DNA of 64,000 nucleotides from the human T2T-CHM13v2.0 reference genome, Homo sapiens (GCA_009914755.4 CP068257.2:9568001-9632000), one strand, 5' to 3'; shown: positions 1 through 15,307, counted from the stretch's first letter. The notes: generated from the letters alone by a model not told the origin. Translations and numbers: made by a program.

Positions 1-3000
1 CAGCAAACAGAGATAATTTGACTTCCTCTTTTCCAGTTCAGATGCCCTTTATTTCTTCCTCTTGCTTGATTGCTCTGGGTAGGACTTCCAGTACTATGTT
101 AAGTAGAAGTGGTGAAAATGGGCATCCTTAACTTGTTCTAGCCCTCAGTGGGAATACTTTCAACTTTTCCCCATTCAATATGATGTTGGCCATGGGTTTG
201 TCATATATAGCTTTTATTATTTTGAGATATGTTTATTCTATGTCTAGTTTGTTTAGGGTTTTTATCATAAAGCAATGCTGGATTTTACTGAATGTTTTTA
301 TGCATCTATTGAGATGATCATATGTATTTGGTTTTTAATTCTGTTTATGAAATACATCACATTTATTACCTTGTGTATGTTGAGTCATCCTTGCATCCCT
401 GGGATGAGACTCACTTGATTATAGTGAATTGTCTTTTTGATATGCTTTTGGATTTGATTTGCCAGTATCTGTTAAGAATTTTTGCATATGTCTTTATCAG
501 AGATGTTCATTTGTAGTTTTCTTTTTTTATGATATGCCTTTTTCTGGTTTTGGTATCAGGGTGATACTGGCTTCATAGAATGAGTTAAGGAGGATTCCCT
601 TTTTCTCAGTCTTTTAGAGTAGTTTCAGTAGGCTTGGTACCAATTCTTCTTTGAATGTCTGGTAGAATTTGGCTGTGATCTGTCTGGGTTTTTTAGTCAG
701 CATTTTTTTTTCTTACTTATACAATCTCACTGCTTGTTATTGGTCTGTAAGGATACCTATTTCTTCCTGGTTTAAGCTAGTAGGGTTGTATGTTTCCCGG
801 AATCTATCTATTTTCTTTACTTTTATTTTTATGTGCATAGAGGTTACATAGTAGTCTCAAATGATCTTTTATATTTCTGTGATATTGGTTAAAATGTTTC
901 CATTTTCATTTCTAATTGAGCTAATTTAAACTTCTATCTTCTTAATTGTTCTAATGTTCTAACTAATTGTTAGAACAGTTGTTAATTGTTCTAACAATCT
1001 TAATTGTTCTAACTAATGATCTATTTTATTTCTATTTTCAAATAACCAAATTTTGTTTCATTAAACTTTTGTATTTTTATTTCAATTTCATTTAGTTCTG
1101 CTTTAATCTTTCTTTTCTTCTCCTGGCTTTAAGTATGATTTGTTGTTTCTATAGTTTCTTGAGGTATGACATTATGTTGTGAATTTGTAATTTTTCAGAC
1201 TTTTTTATGTAGGTGTTCAGTGCTAGAAACTTTCCTTTTAGCATTGTTTTTGCTATGTCCCAGAGGTTTTGATAACTTGTGTCACTATAATCATCCATTT
1301 AAAGAATTTTTTAATTTATTTCTTCATTTCATTGTTAACCCAATAATCATTAAGAAGCAGATTGTTCAATTTCCAGGTAATTATATAGTTTTAAGGGTTC
1401 CTTTTGGAGCTCATTTCTAGTTTTATTTCACTGTGACCTGAGAAGATACTTTATATAATTTTGACTTTTTAAAATTTATTGAGATTTGTTTTTGTGGCCT
1501 ATCCTATGGTCTGTCTTGGAGGCTGTTCTATGTGTTGATGAGAAGAATGTGAATTCTGCAGTTTTTGGGTACAATGTTCTGTAAACATCTGTTAGGTCCA
1601 TTTCTTCTGGACTGCAACTTAAGTCCAGTGCTTTTTGTTGTTGTTGACTTCCTGCTTCAGTGATCTGTCTAGTGCTGTCAGTGGAGTGTTAGAGTTCCTC
1701 ACTATTATTGTGTTGCTGTCTATTCCTTTTCTTAGGTCTAGTAGTAATTGTTTTATAAATGTAGGAGCTCCAGTGTCATGTGCATACTTATGTAGAATTA
1801 TTATATTTTGTTGAATTAATTATTTAATTATTATGTAATGACTTTCTTTGTTTTTTTTTTACTATTGTTGCTTTAAAGTCTACTTTATCTGATATAACTA
1901 CACCTGCTTGCTTTTGGTTTCCATTTGCATTGAATATCTTTCTCCACCCCCTTACCTTGAATCTATGAGAATCTTTGTATGTTAGGTGAGTTTCTTGAAG
2001 ACAGCAGATATTTGATTTGTGATTTTTTTTAAATCAACTCTGCCATTCTGTATCTTTTAAGTGGAGTATATAGACCATTTACAGCCAATGTCAATTATGA
2101 GACATGAAGTGGAGTTCCAGTCAGTATGTTGTTACCTAGAAATTTTAGGTTTTTTTTTTTTTCACTTTGTTATTGCTTTATAGGCTCTATAAGTTTTATA
2201 CTTTCAAGACGTCTATTCTGATGCAGCTCAACCTTTTGTTTCAAGATTTAGCATTTATTGTAGGACTGGTCTGATAGGGACAGATTCCCTCAGCATTTGC
2301 TTGTCTGTGGAAGACATTATTTCTCTTTCATTTATGAGACTCAGTTTTGCTGGATACAAAATTTTTGACTAATAGTTATTTTGTCTAAGGATATTAAAGA
2401 TAAGCCTAAAGATAGAGTGAACTTCTGGGCTGTAAGATTTCTGCTGAGAAGTCTGCTGTTAGTCTAATAGGTTTTCCTTTATAGGTTACTTGATACTTTT
2501 GTCTCACTGTTCTTAGAATTCATTTCTTCATGTTGACTTTAGATAGCCTGATTACTATATGGCTTTGTAATGTCAGTTTTGCAGTGAACCTCCCCAGAGC
2601 TCATGGAGTTTCTTGTATTTGGACATCTAAATATCTAGCAAGGCTAGCAAAGTTTTCTTCAATTATGTCCTCAAATAAGTATTCTAAAGGTTTTGCTGTT
2701 TCTTCTCCCTCAAGAACAGCAATTGCTATATTTGGCCATTTTACATAATCAGCTATTTCTAAGAGACTTTGCTTATTTCTTTGAATTCTTTTTCTGGCAT
2801 TTCAAAGATTTCATCTTGGTTGGGATCCATTGCTGGGGACTTAGTGTGTTCTTTTTGAGGTGTTATAGAACCCTATTTTGTCCTATTGCCAGAATTATTT
2901 TTCTGGTTTCTTCTCATTTGGGTAGAGTATATCTTCTAATTACTTTTGAGACTATGTCTTCTAATTATTTTTGAATTTATTTTTTGACTTGACTGTGATT

Positions 3001-5290
3001 TTTCACTTTTTTTTTCACTTTGAGGATTTGACTTTAATGTTTATAGTTTATTGTAACCTAATTCAGCTCTGCGTGCTTTCAGGGGTGAAGACTGTATAAG
3101 TTCCCTGGTTATTTAAAATCTTTGTATGGTGGCTTTCTCAGATGCTAGTTGTGGTAACATTATGCTCAGTGTGTGTGTGTGGAGGTTCACTGTTTCCTGT
3201 GGGGTAGCAATGGCAGAGGTCTCATGAAGCTTATCTAGTTCCCAAGTTGTGTGCACTTTTTTGCCTTTTTTTTTCTCCCAGTGTTTTCTTTACCTGGTTG
3301 AATAATTCAGATTTCAGGCCAGTAGGGGTGGTGTCCCTGAGTGAAAACCAGCAGATTGGTAAATGCAATACCCAATGGTGGGAAGAAGTCCAAGCCTTGA
3401 CCGAGGCATCTCTGGGAGCTCTTAGTGAAATGCACCGAGGTCTTTTCACGGGGAAGGGAGGGAGCCACTTCAGCTCCCTTGCCAGGCCCCCAGGAAAGCA
3501 GGTCACACTCCTAAATACAGTTCTAGCTATTCAGATTAGCAGGCCCTTTTTATTTGCAGGAATTCTGACGTTCCAAGTAGAGAGAGATTGTGATTCTATG
3601 CCTTATGCAAATCTGAATCTGGAGGGGACTCCTCCTCTGGGGATGCAGTTAACTTGAGGTGTTCCAGAAAGGCTATCTACAGGTCCACTCATGCTAAATT
3701 CCCATAAGAGAAGTACCAGCTGTGTCTGCAGCAGTGAATGAGGGGGGAAAGTCTTTTTCTTCAAGACCGTTCTGCAGATTTTCCCAAGTACAGCACTGTA
3801 CCTGTGCCTCTACTGAAAGAAACTTTCCACAGGTCGGATGTTCTGGACTCAAGGCCTGCCATCTAGATTCTTTTTTCCATGGGGTGTGCCACTGATGTGC
3901 ACTCCCCCTTATCCTAAGAGTAGGAGTCCCTGAGGGCCAGACTAGTATGAATGCTGCTACTTCTCTGGCTCTAGCCACCTAGTGGGACTGCCACACTCCA
4001 GGTTGGTGCTGGGGAATGTCTACAAGGGGTCCAGTAATGTGACCTGTTCTCAAGGCTCCGTAGTGAGTAGCAACAACAGCTCTCATGGGGGTGACAGGAG
4101 AATGACACAGACTCTGTGAGATTTCTTGATTATAAGTAGTCTTGGTGCATTGGTTTTTCTGTAATGCCACCTGTAGTAGTAATGAACTGGTCACATGGAC
4201 AGACTCAGGACCTCCTAGTTAGCCAAGGTTATATAGGCAAAGGTGATAGCTTAGGTCACACACAAGTTTTCTCTTTCCTGTGCACTGTTAGTGTGCCTGC
4301 AGATGCTGTAATGGATTGTGTCAGTAGGCTTCCAGCCACAAGGTGGCACTTGAAAAAGAGCACCAGCTGGTAGCAGTGGGATTTGTGCTTGCCTTATGTT
4401 ACCCAGGGGAGGTAATCTGATGACTCAGGCAATGGGCAGGGCCATTGAGCTCTCAAAATTTTCTATTCTTTGTGTTAAGCTACCAGGGCAGATGGAGGGG
4501 CAAAGCCAGCTGGGGGCTGAATCAGGCAAGTTCACATTCTGGCTCTCTTTTGTCTGCCATGTGTGGGCAAAAGCAGTGTCCCAAGTGGGGATCAGATAGT
4601 GGTCCTCTGGCTGTAGGAGTAATGTTGCAGGGAGTACCACAGCTGCCTCTGCTGCAGAGAAGCATCTGTATGAGGAATAGGGAGCAGCAGGCAGCAGTTA
4701 GCCCCACTCAGCTCCCATACACTTGGCAAAGCAAGTCTTGCACCTGCAGCCTCCCACTCACAGCAGCTTGGTTCCAAGCAGTCAACACTCAGAACTCAAC
4801 ACTGCCCAAGTCCATAAGACTTCCCAGAAGAGACTGCAACCATGGCTTCCAGGTCACACCTCTCCTAGTCGGCCCATGAAGCAGGGGCACCCAGCTCTTG
4901 CACCTATGGCTGCAGCACATTTCCCATCTGCCCCATGGTTCTGACCAAGGGGGTTTGTCTCCACTCGAGATTATATCACGAATCTCAGTTGAGAGCTTCT
5001 CTCAACCTGTGACCACTGCCTGAGTTACCTGGCTGACTTCTGTGAGGTCCCCTGTGAGGTAGGATCAGGGATGGCTTTCCTCTGTCCTGCTGGGCATGCA
5101 CACTAAGCCCGTCCCCATGCTGCTACTTCTCATATATGCCCCACTGCTCACTAAATCAGCTCCAGTGCTGGGTGGGATTAAGGCCTTTCCCTGTGGCCTG
5201 GATTGCTTGGTTCCCCAGTAGGAGTATATGTCCTAGAGGCAGTTTACCCCTATCTGACATTCTAGGGACTTATAGTTTTCCTCCTGGCTC
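1..5290 (-). mobile_element. LINE-1, older primate subfamily (L1PA-late/L1PB-like), antisense; cut at its 3' side by the window edge. Approx. 1-2480 ORF2 (N-terminal endonuclease/RT portion), 2480-3240 ORF1, 3240-5290 long GC-rich 5'UTR
   Basis: Reverse complement aligns by eye to L1 ORF2 (e.g. 1-120 matches the ...caaacagggacaatttgacttcctcttttcc...ctatgttgaataggagtggtga... region; 2280-2470 matches ...ctcagcatttgcttgtctgt...ggctggata...gaagtctgctgttagtctgatgg...). The GC-rich 3240-5290 block is typical of an L1 5'UTR. The right (5') boundary is approximate. Confidence 0.85.
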
Positions 5291-8200
5291 ATGATGTGGA
5301 CAGCAACCTGACACTTCTTTCAAAAGGTCTGTGCTTTCTTTCAGTTTTTTCCTGTTAATTTTCTGTGTTGCTTCTTGGAAAAAATTTACAATGTGAATCT
5401 CCACACACAATTCTGTCTTTCCAAATAGGAGAGGCATGCTAACAATGACTCTAATCTGCCATTTTGAGAAAAAAAAATACTGGAGGTCTTTATTATTTTT
5501 TTAATACTATAGCCCATTCTGAGTTTTCATTACAACCTCCACTCTAGTATTGTAACTACTTTTCACAAACCCTTATCTTTGGTAGCTGGATTTAATTCAT
5601 TAATTTTAAAATTTTGATAAAAATTATGACTTAATTATATTATTATGTATTTTCATTTGATTATCTAGGTTTATGAAACTGACTAAACTAGTAATTATTT
5701 GATAATATGATTATATTCTGCCAATTCACTCTACATGTTCCTTGGATATGTTAATAAACAATAGAAACAAGTCCAACTAAAATACATCACTTATTCTGAC
5801 TCTTGTTTTGAAAAATAAAACCTGACAAATCAAATAAAAGTAAATGAATTATTATTCAGACATCCACTTATGGTTTGGGTATATATTTTGACAGTCCATG
5901 AGAAAAATTCCTCCAAGGGTCTTCACTTCCAGACATAAAATCACTTTGTTGTTTTTCTAAAAGCTATTTTTAAAAAAATCAGCATCTTTTTAAATTCTCC
6001 CATCTATAAGTTGGCAAAAATATCTGTTGAGGTTTGTAAGCAACTTTAACATTTTAAATAATAAATGTAATATTTAGGGACAATTTAATTTAGTGACTCA
6101 AGGCATCTAATATTTGGTATCAGTATATGAATATTAACAAACATTTAGCCCTTTTATTTATAGTATTTTTTATAGTAAAACAATTTCTACTTTCTATTAT
6201 GCTTCTTGTTCTGTGATAGTTTACTATTTCTGAAACTTTATTTTTTACAAAATTTCAAGTTGAGTCTAAAAAAATTATATTTTGTTGTTTTGAAAAATAC
6301 ATAGCCTAAAACTTTACATGCTAACAGTTGAGTTTTATCAGTGTTATTTTTACTAAACCTAATCACTATAAAATAGCTATATCTTGTGTATGTTAAAAAT
6401 GTGAAATAAGATGAGAATGTATTTGCTATACAATTAATTAAATTATATGAATTAGTAGCAACTATTAAGATGCTTTGAATATTCCCTTAGGTGGACGAGA
6501 ACATGTGAGCAAGTACTAGCACAGTGGTAGATGCTTTGTAAATTGCTCTTACTTTCCTAATGATTGACAGGCTAATAGCTAAATAACTAAGATATTATAA
6601 GCACTTTCTTAGAATTTAGAGATCCACTTAAAAGACAGGTTTTCATTAGGAATTTCTGTACTTTATTTCACATTTCCATAAAAAAAATCCTCATTGCAAG
6701 AACCACTGCACCTATTATATGAAAAAACTTAAGAGAAAACAATCAGGTGACCATTACCTCTAAAACATCTGATTTGATTTAGTTATCCTATAGGAATCAA
6801 GTATCAGGCTTTACAAGATCCTCTTTTTTCAATGTTGTTTTACTGACTAAAACAATGTTTAACATGACTAATTCACGTTTCTTTTTGTGATTTATTTTTA
6901 CTTGATCTAATTTCTAAAGTGATCTTTATGAGGTGTCTTGCCTAAAAATTTGCCTATACTTATAAATGCATTTTCACTTACTACAACCTCATTTTTTACT
7001 GTACTATAGATGTACAGTTAGTTGAATGCATACATAATAATTTTGAGAATATATGAGGTTTTACATAAGAAGAATCATATTGAAGTGGTTATCTAGCATA
7101 TCTAAAGAGGAAACAACAGAGAAGCAAGCTGGAAACAATATGTAGACATCAGTAATTATTTTAATTTCACAAGACAAACATTTATCAATCCTGTATTCAA
7201 AACCTACATATATGCTACTTAGGATGCAGAAATAGCTATGTATATTCATTGCCACCAAGTCATTTATGATCCAATTGAAGGGCAAATACAAACACAATGA
7301 AGTTTCTTTGTGTAGCAATTACACAAATAAAACTTTATAAGCTTGCCAAGAAAAGCAAGAACGAAGAAAGGAAAGAAGGAAGAAAAACAAATAGCAAAAC
7401 AGAGCAATATTTAAATGTGGTTATGATTCAGCCAACCATTACATTTAATGATAATGTGCCTGTTTGGGAAAGAAAATAGAAGAATTAACTGAATGCCAAG
7501 GGGAGGGGGAAGGAACACAAGAAAAAATCAAAACAAAATAAAACTGTGAAAGATAATTAATGGGAATAGAAAAATTATGTACAAAAATCATTTTATTTGG
7601 AGAGTAATTTAGGAGATCTTTAGGAATATATTGGCTATATTCAAGTTCCTATACTTAAGTGCTACACAATAATAATTAAAGGTACCAGATTTAGTAAAGG
7701 GATTTTGCACCATGAATTTTTTTTCCTGTAAAGATACAAATATATCTCCTTAGTAGAACAGATAACCTCACAGATTTATGACACTGTTATATATCAATCT
7801 ATATTTATTTATTTAACCAAGCAATCTTAATGTTATTTTGCTAAATTGCTTCTAAATGTCCCAGTTTCTCAGATTCCCTTTGTGTCATTTAAAACATCTA
7901 TTTGTTATTTATTAATTCAAGTTAATATCTTTAAAACCTATTCATTTTATATTTGTCTGAGAGCTATGATTTTAAGCTTCTAAAAATTATATTTTAATAG
8001 AAATCAGGGACTAGTTACCTTTAATCTGGGGGAGATACTACGTATTTTAAAGCCTGAAGTCAATGTCTAGACAAAAGTTTCTGCTTAACATCAAAGGGTA
8101 TGCAACATTTGCTGTGGCTCTCAAATATTAAGAAAGGAAAACATAACTGGGAATTTGTCACTAGCACTTTATTCTTTACTCAGGATTGAAGTAGAATTTT

Positions 8201-8439
8201 ATAACACCAATATTTTTTAGAAACTTTAAACATTAGAAATAAAATAAAAACTAGCCCAATTCCAATATTCCCCATGGATTTCCTAGCAGAAGAAATGTGA
8301 AACTGTTATGGAGAAATAATCCAATACTGCAAACACAAGGATTTGCCACTACAGAAACTAACAAGTTAAATTGAAAACTATATTAAAAATAAATTCACAA
8401 ACAAAAATTACAAAATACACAATGAAAAATAATATACAT

Positions 8440-8750
<311 letters not shown>

Positions 8751-9496
8751 TCAGCAGATGTAAAACAGCAGAATTAAAAGTATGTGTAAAAATAGATGAA
8801 TAATTTGAAAAAAATTATAAAATTAATAATATGTAATGAACATATATAAACACTAAAGACATTTAAAAAGAAATGAAGAGCAGATTTGGCAAAGGATATC
8901 CAAAAATAAAAATATAGTAATTGAATTTAAAAACCTATGAGATATGGATGATTAAAATTAGTATAATAAATATATATCACAGAGAAATAAAGTTATCAAC
9001 ATAGAGCAAGACGGACAAAAAATATTATTATATTAGATAATTTGAGTGCATTTAAGATGGTATTGAGGCAATATCTAGAGGTAATAACTGGAAATTTTCT
9101 GTAAGTCATTAAAGAAAAAAAATTTTCACATTCAGGAATTGGACAATTTCTGAACAGAATTGATAAAAATAAATCCAAACTAGAAAGAACACTGATTTGG
9201 TGAATATTTTAAAAAGAAGCTAGTTCACTGAAAAACTAATACAATACTGCAATGGCATACCAAGTTCCAAATGCAAAATATACAGTGCAAGATAGAATAC
9301 TATACACAGCGCTGAGACTTTTTGGGTCTACAAAATTTTAAGAAAGCACACTCATGGATTCATTGAACAACTGTTTTTAAAGTAACAAAGAAAGAAAAAA
9401 GAAAACACTAAAAAAGACAAGTGTGAGAAGCAAGTGGCAACTGTAAACCTGTTAAATGTAAGGGTAAATCTAAATAAGCATTAATTATTTAAAAAT

Positions 9497-9545
9497 GTGA
9501 GGTCAGGAGTCCAGTCCCACCTGGGTAACAAAGTGAGGCATGAGT
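9497..9545 (+). repeat. Short Alu-like fragment (ggtcaggagtccag...cctgggtaacaaagtgagg)
   Basis: About 50 bp resembling the Alu right-monomer segment gaggtcaggagttcgagaccagcctgggcaacatagtgag. It is too short to classify. Confidence 0.3.
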
Positions 9546-9687
9546 TACAATTAAAATACTAGAAAAGTATTGACCATTTCAATTAAATGTTTCTTTCAAA
9601 TCACTAATTATTTTCATGTTCCAAAATATAAAGGTTAATTTTTTATTCTCATTTTATTGATCTATCAGTAGTCTCTTTTTCTTTAAT

Positions 9688-9737
9688 TAAAAAACAAACA
9701 AACAAAAACACATAAACAAACAAACAAACAAAACCAG
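9688..9737 (+). repeat. (CAAA)n / A-rich microsatellite
   Basis: aaaaaacaaacaaacaaaaacacataaacaaacaaacaaacaaaacc. Confidence 0.85.
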
Positions 9738-10589
9738 TTTTTTTCTTTGGCTTCCAGAACACGTCCTCTTGGCTTTCTTCTTATGTCTTTGTATGCTATT
9801 TCTTAGTCTTTGGAACACTTCTGTGTCCACCCCCACTCCCTTGATGAGTTGTCACAGAGCCATGGTTTACAATATTGTTTATGCTAAGAACTTGCAAATT
9901 TGTACCTCTACCTCTTACTTCTCTTCTAAATGCCAGGCTCTTACATCCAACTTCTTATGCTGTCTTCTTTTGAGAAGCTAATAAATATCTCAACTTTGAA
10001 ATGCACATTCTCACCAACGACCATTTGTCTCAGAGCAAAAATCTTAGAGTCAATCCTGCTTATTTTCTTTGTCAAGAATTGCACATCCAACCTTTCAGCG
10101 AGTCTTGCTGCTTGCTCTACCTTCAGAATCTATCCAAAGTTAGTCACTCTCTTAGTCTCTCCCAGAAACAGATCCCAGTAAAAACATTCAATCAGAAGTA
10201 ATTTGGGATGTAGAGAAAAACTGTATTCTTTTTCTTCCCTCAGCCTTTTGATGTGTTTATTTCAATGCTATTTTTACAATGTTACTTACTGAATACATTA
10301 ATTAAAATTGTAATCTGCCACTATTACTGTGTATCCTGCCTTACTTTATTTTCTTCACAAAATATATAACTTTTCAACACCTGTCTATATTTTATTTCTT
10401 TTGTGTCATCCTATATCTGACTGTAATCTTTACAAAGGCAAGGATTTTTTTCTTTAATATCCTAAATGTAGATGTTTGTCTCTAGTAGATTCAATGGTGC
10501 CTCCCAAAATATGATAAATATGCACATATCTTTCCATATGCTAGCCCACAGAAACTGTAGATGTGACCTAATTTTTTTGTATATATTAA

Positions 10590-10925
10590 TAAGGATCTTG
10601 AGATGACATCATACTGGATGATCCTAGTGCACCCTAAATCCAATAAGTGTTCTTATGAAAGACAGAAGAGGAGAAGATACAGAAAATAGAAGGCTATTTG
10701 AGGATGGAAGCAGAGCTTGGAGTTATGCAGCTACAAACCAAAGAATGCCTTGAACCACCAGCAGCTGAAAGAGGTAAAGTAGGATCCACCCATAAACACT
10801 TGAGAAGGAAAGTGGGCCTACCTATACCTTGATTTCAGATTTCTGCCCTACAGAACTGTAAGAGAATATATTTCTGTTGCTTTAAACATTTACGTTTGTG
10901 GTAATTTGTTATAACAGATCCAGCA
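10590..10925 (+). mobile_element. MaLR LTR fragment, MLT1-like
   Basis: Carries the hallmark ...ccctaaatccaataagtgttcttatgaaagacagaagaggag... and ...ctgccctacagaactgtaagagaatatatttctgttgctttaaac...tttgtggtaatttgttataacagatccagcaaactc (MLT1 consensus ...cctccagaactgtgagaaataaatttctgttgtttaagccacccagtctatggtattttgttatagcagcc...). Family assignment is from memory. Confidence 0.5.
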
Positions 10926-13900
10926 AACTCATATACTGGCACTGAGCAGATATTCAATAAGAATTGATTATGAATTATAGTCATTATGATAGTGTGGCAT
11001 TGACTCAGAGATGAACAATTTGTTCACTGGACTATAGCAGGAAATTCAAAAATTCATGGACGACTTTTGATATTTTACATATGAATTGTCATGTCACCCA
11101 GAAAAATGAATAACTATTCATAACATAGCAGTGATGCATTTGATTAACATATAGAAAAATTGTAAATTGTATTCTAACATCACATTAACTTCAAATGTGA
11201 AAGATATCTTGTATCACTTTTAAAGAAAATATAAAATATATTTTATTTAGTAAAATTGAATTTGTAGAATGATGACTTTTTTTTTTACTTTACTGCTTAA
11301 TACTTGAGAAATTTTCCTCTTTGATGAGGCTGTTAGAAAACAGGAACTCTAACAATTATATAGTGGGAAGATAAATTCATACAACGACTTTGGAAAGCTA
11401 CTTGACAATGTAAGGATGAAAGTGCCCAAAGTTGTAAAATTTCCCTGCTCTATGTCTATCCTATGAAAATTCTAATATATATAAACAACAAAACCATAAA
11501 TATTTATTGTAGCTTTGTTTTTAACATTTACAATGGTAAATATAAAAATGCCAACATTTCCTGATATGAAAATTGATAGCTTTATATTATATATATAATG
11601 AAATCCCATATAGAAATTAAACAAAAACGGATACCCAAGTATCAGCTGCAATGGTTCTCAAAAATATCATAGTGAGATTATAAAGCATGTGTTGAAATAA
11701 TACAGATAAAACAATAACATCTTATTTAAATTTGAAGATACAAACACTACCGTATGCGTTATAAAATATTCTATACACAGACCTGTACTTAAAAATAGAG
11801 AAATATACAAGGGGATGCTAAACAATTTTAGCCTGTAGTTATCCCTTGTAGAATTTCTTATAATCTTGTTTCTGGTTATGTTGCTGTATCAATTATTTTT
11901 CATGTTTGGGTATGTGTGAAATATTTCATAAAAGGAAGTTGGACGTTTTAATAATACATTGACTTTAACAGGAGGAAGAACAGGTGATTGGGGTATTTTG
12001 TTGTATACCAACACATGACTGAAATAATCATCTATTCTAATTCTGTTCAGTTCAGTGGAAAGTCTTTGAAGGTTTTTTAACAGAGTTGCAGTTTGTCATA
12101 TCTTTGAGAACATTGTGTTAGATTAAGTGGAACAGAAATGCTTAGAGGGAAGGAGATTAAAATAATGTGTTGTATGGATATTTGAGGTGACATACAATAG
12201 AACTGGAAAATAGAGAAACTTCATGAAAAATAGTATAAAAAGAGACATAAATGACTTACCAATTGACTCTGCTGTGTTTGATAGATGGGAATTGTAGTCG
12301 TAACATTGGATGAAATAGGAAAGACAGACTAGTAGAGCTCTTTGGAGGCAAGTTCTATAAGTTCTTTTTACATTTTGAGTGGAAGTTTTCACTTTTAAAT
12401 GAAATGCATATGGATAAAAAATAAAGGTAAATATAGTTATTATGAAATTGTCAACATAAAATGAGAGTTGATGCATAAAAATGAACAGACTGGAAAAAGG
12501 GAACTTTTTAAATATAAAAAAAATTGCTTCTTTTCTGATAGTATTCTTTCTTCTTAAACTTCATGATTATTCCTGGAAATTAAAGTGAAAAAAACTATCA
12601 TAAAACTATGACTCTATCATACTGTAACATTTCAGGGCCCACATTATTATACCTCCTCTCTCCATCTTGCATGACTGTTTAAAATGGTTCTGTTTGATAC
12701 ACTGACACTCAATTTCTTTTTATATGGAATGTAATTTGGGAGATTCTCTAAACAATCTGTATAATGGCAGACATGGAGTACAACTGAAATTAGAAATATT
12801 CTGTTGTAGTTTCCATTCTTTCTTAAAGGTTTTAACATTTTGTTATGAACATGACAAGCCTTATTTTTTTTCCACACATAGAAGGAACACGAATTATAAA
12901 TAGAACAAAACACTGTGAAATACTGCAAATGTAGAATAATTATTTGATCTCATGCACACACCTCGGTAATTTAAATTAAATTCTATAAGTTAATGACTAA
13001 ATATTTTAAAATTAACTACTTTAAATTAAGATGTATTTAGAAATAATTTTAATGTTATTGAAATTTTTTTAAAAAACCTATTGTAACATAAGAAATCATG
13101 ATATAATGCAAATACTACATATTTTCAGAAAATTTGGTAATGAATATCAACTCCCAAAAAACCATCTTAGTCATTGCATAAAATTCTACAAATGATATCT
13201 GATTTTAATTTAGAGGAAAGTACATGAACTGAAAGTCCCAACTGAATAAATGCTTAAAAAAGGATGATTTAAAAAAAATTAAAGGTAACATTTATTAATT
13301 AAAATAATTCTGATAGAAAATCCTAACAATGTACATTATTGTCTAGATTTATAATTCCGTAAATTAAATATACATCCCCCTGCAAGTGGCAATACTTCAA
13401 AAATTAATTCTAGTTTACAATTTAGTATAAAATAATGTATTAAAAGTGTCCCTGAAAGATGGAGTTTAATGGAGAAAAATGAGGAATATTATGAGTATCA
13501 GGACATGGAGAAGAGTAAAAAGTCAATATTGTGGGACAAATTAAATGACATAAAAAATCACCTTTTTTCATTTGATATAATGTAATGGTTATAAAATATC
13601 TTCTCAAGAGTTCTTCAACTGTCATTTCATTGAGATGTGGGGACTGGGGTCTCTGACCTTGAATCTGGGGGGACTTTTAACTTCTTTGACTAAGAGAATA
13701 CAAAAAAAAGCAATGCTGTGTAACTTTTGAGACCTGGCCTAAATCGACAATCTGACTTCTGCTCACTTTTTTTCAGAATCCTCCATCTCAGGAGGGCCCC
13801 AGTATTGCCAGGCTGGGAGAAACCCAAACCATGAGGATAGACCATGAATAGGAGTTCTGGTTGACAATCCCAGTTCATTCCTAGCTTCAAATACACAAGG

Positions 13901-13949
13901 CCAAGTGCCAGATATGGGCATAAAAAGCAATTTGGAAGTGGACACTCCA

Positions 13950-14125
13950 GTCCCAGCTGTCCTAGCCCTCAGCTATTTGAGTTGCATTCAGACATGTAAA
14001 TCTTCCCAGCTGAGGCCTCATCATTGAGGTGCAGAAAAGGGGCATGCCCACTGTGCCTGTTTCTAAATTCCTGACCCACAGAACCTGTGAGCATAATACA
14101 AGTTTACTATTTTATACCAGTAAGT
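13950..14125 (+). mobile_element. MaLR/MLT1-like LTR 3' fragment
   Basis: ...cctgacccacagaacctgtgagcataatacaagtttactattttataccagtaagtttggggtatagtattatgcaacaatacaagctga matches the same terminal LTR motif. Confidence 0.35.
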
Positions 14126-15307
14126 TTGGGGTATAGTATTATGCAACAATACAAGCTGATGCACAAAAAATATCTTCTTTGTTGCATAAACTCTATATAA
14201 ACTGGCATATGCTTAGTTCTTAAACCTCTCTCCAATCTCCTTCTCTTTCCCCATACTCAAACTAATCTTTTTTTTCTGCTCCTTCAACAAACCAGCACTT
14301 GTATTTACACATTAGATAAATTGCACCATTAACTTAAAAAACACAATTTCCAAGATTTTTACAATACTGTGTCTTATAGTTTAAAGTATCTCAGCCTTTA
14401 AGTATCACTTGTTAGATAACATTTAGTTGCCAATCTTTTTATAATTGCTTTCTCTTACTCTACTCCTTAGCTTACAGTCCTTTCTGCCATATTTATCGTA
14501 TTTGTATAACAGATCAAAATCTGTGGTTATCTATTTATTTACCTAATTTTCAGCTCTCTCCACTTATTATCATATAAGTTACAAACATTTCAGGTCATAT
14601 CTTCAGTTTACCACACTATACCAGTAGCTTAAATATCACATTACCCATACTAGCCACTCAAAAATATTTATTATGGAATTAATGGAACTCTAAATTTAAT
14701 CTGGTCTCCAAACTAAATATATGGCATAAGTATCAATATAGGTTTCAGGTAGATAGGGTTTAGCTATAAGGAATACAGGGTGCAACTAAAAGCAGTTTTC
14801 ACAGGCAAGATGTTTACTTACTTCTACAAAAGAAAGAGTACAAGCCAGGACAGGATAAGAAGAGCAGCCACACAGGGACGCTGAAGATTTGTTATACACA
14901 TGTAGGGACATTAATAGCATTTCCTTAGAAAGAGGTATGATATAAGATAGCATGATGCCTGTAGCACCCTGAGTCATGATTGCTCATATTGCAGCCAAGA
15001 AAAATAGGAAAGGCTGAAGCAGCAAAGGGCAAAGGGGCAAAAGGCCAAAGCCATGCAGGCCAAGTTTGTGCTTTTTTAAAGGCTTTCCTAGGAACCTATC
15101 TTATGATATCCATTTCAATGTCACAAAATTCACATGGCCACACCAAGAAACATGGATATTTTACTTTCCAAATAAAAAACTAGGCAAGAGAAGTTTACAT
15201 TTGCATAGCCTATCAATAGTGTCTGCCAAGATATTTCCATTTTTTAGTGTATCAGAAAATTGGGCACACATGACTAACGTACTTTATTCATTTTAAATAG
15301 AAACAAA

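Noticed and set aside
3231-4944. Cluster of 60-144 aa ORFs on both strands (3247..3657, 4445..4879, 3694..3978, etc.)
   Set aside because: They fall in the GC-rich 5'UTR of the antisense L1. Overlapping ORFs on both strands with no consistent frame are typical of GC-rich non-coding repeat sequence.
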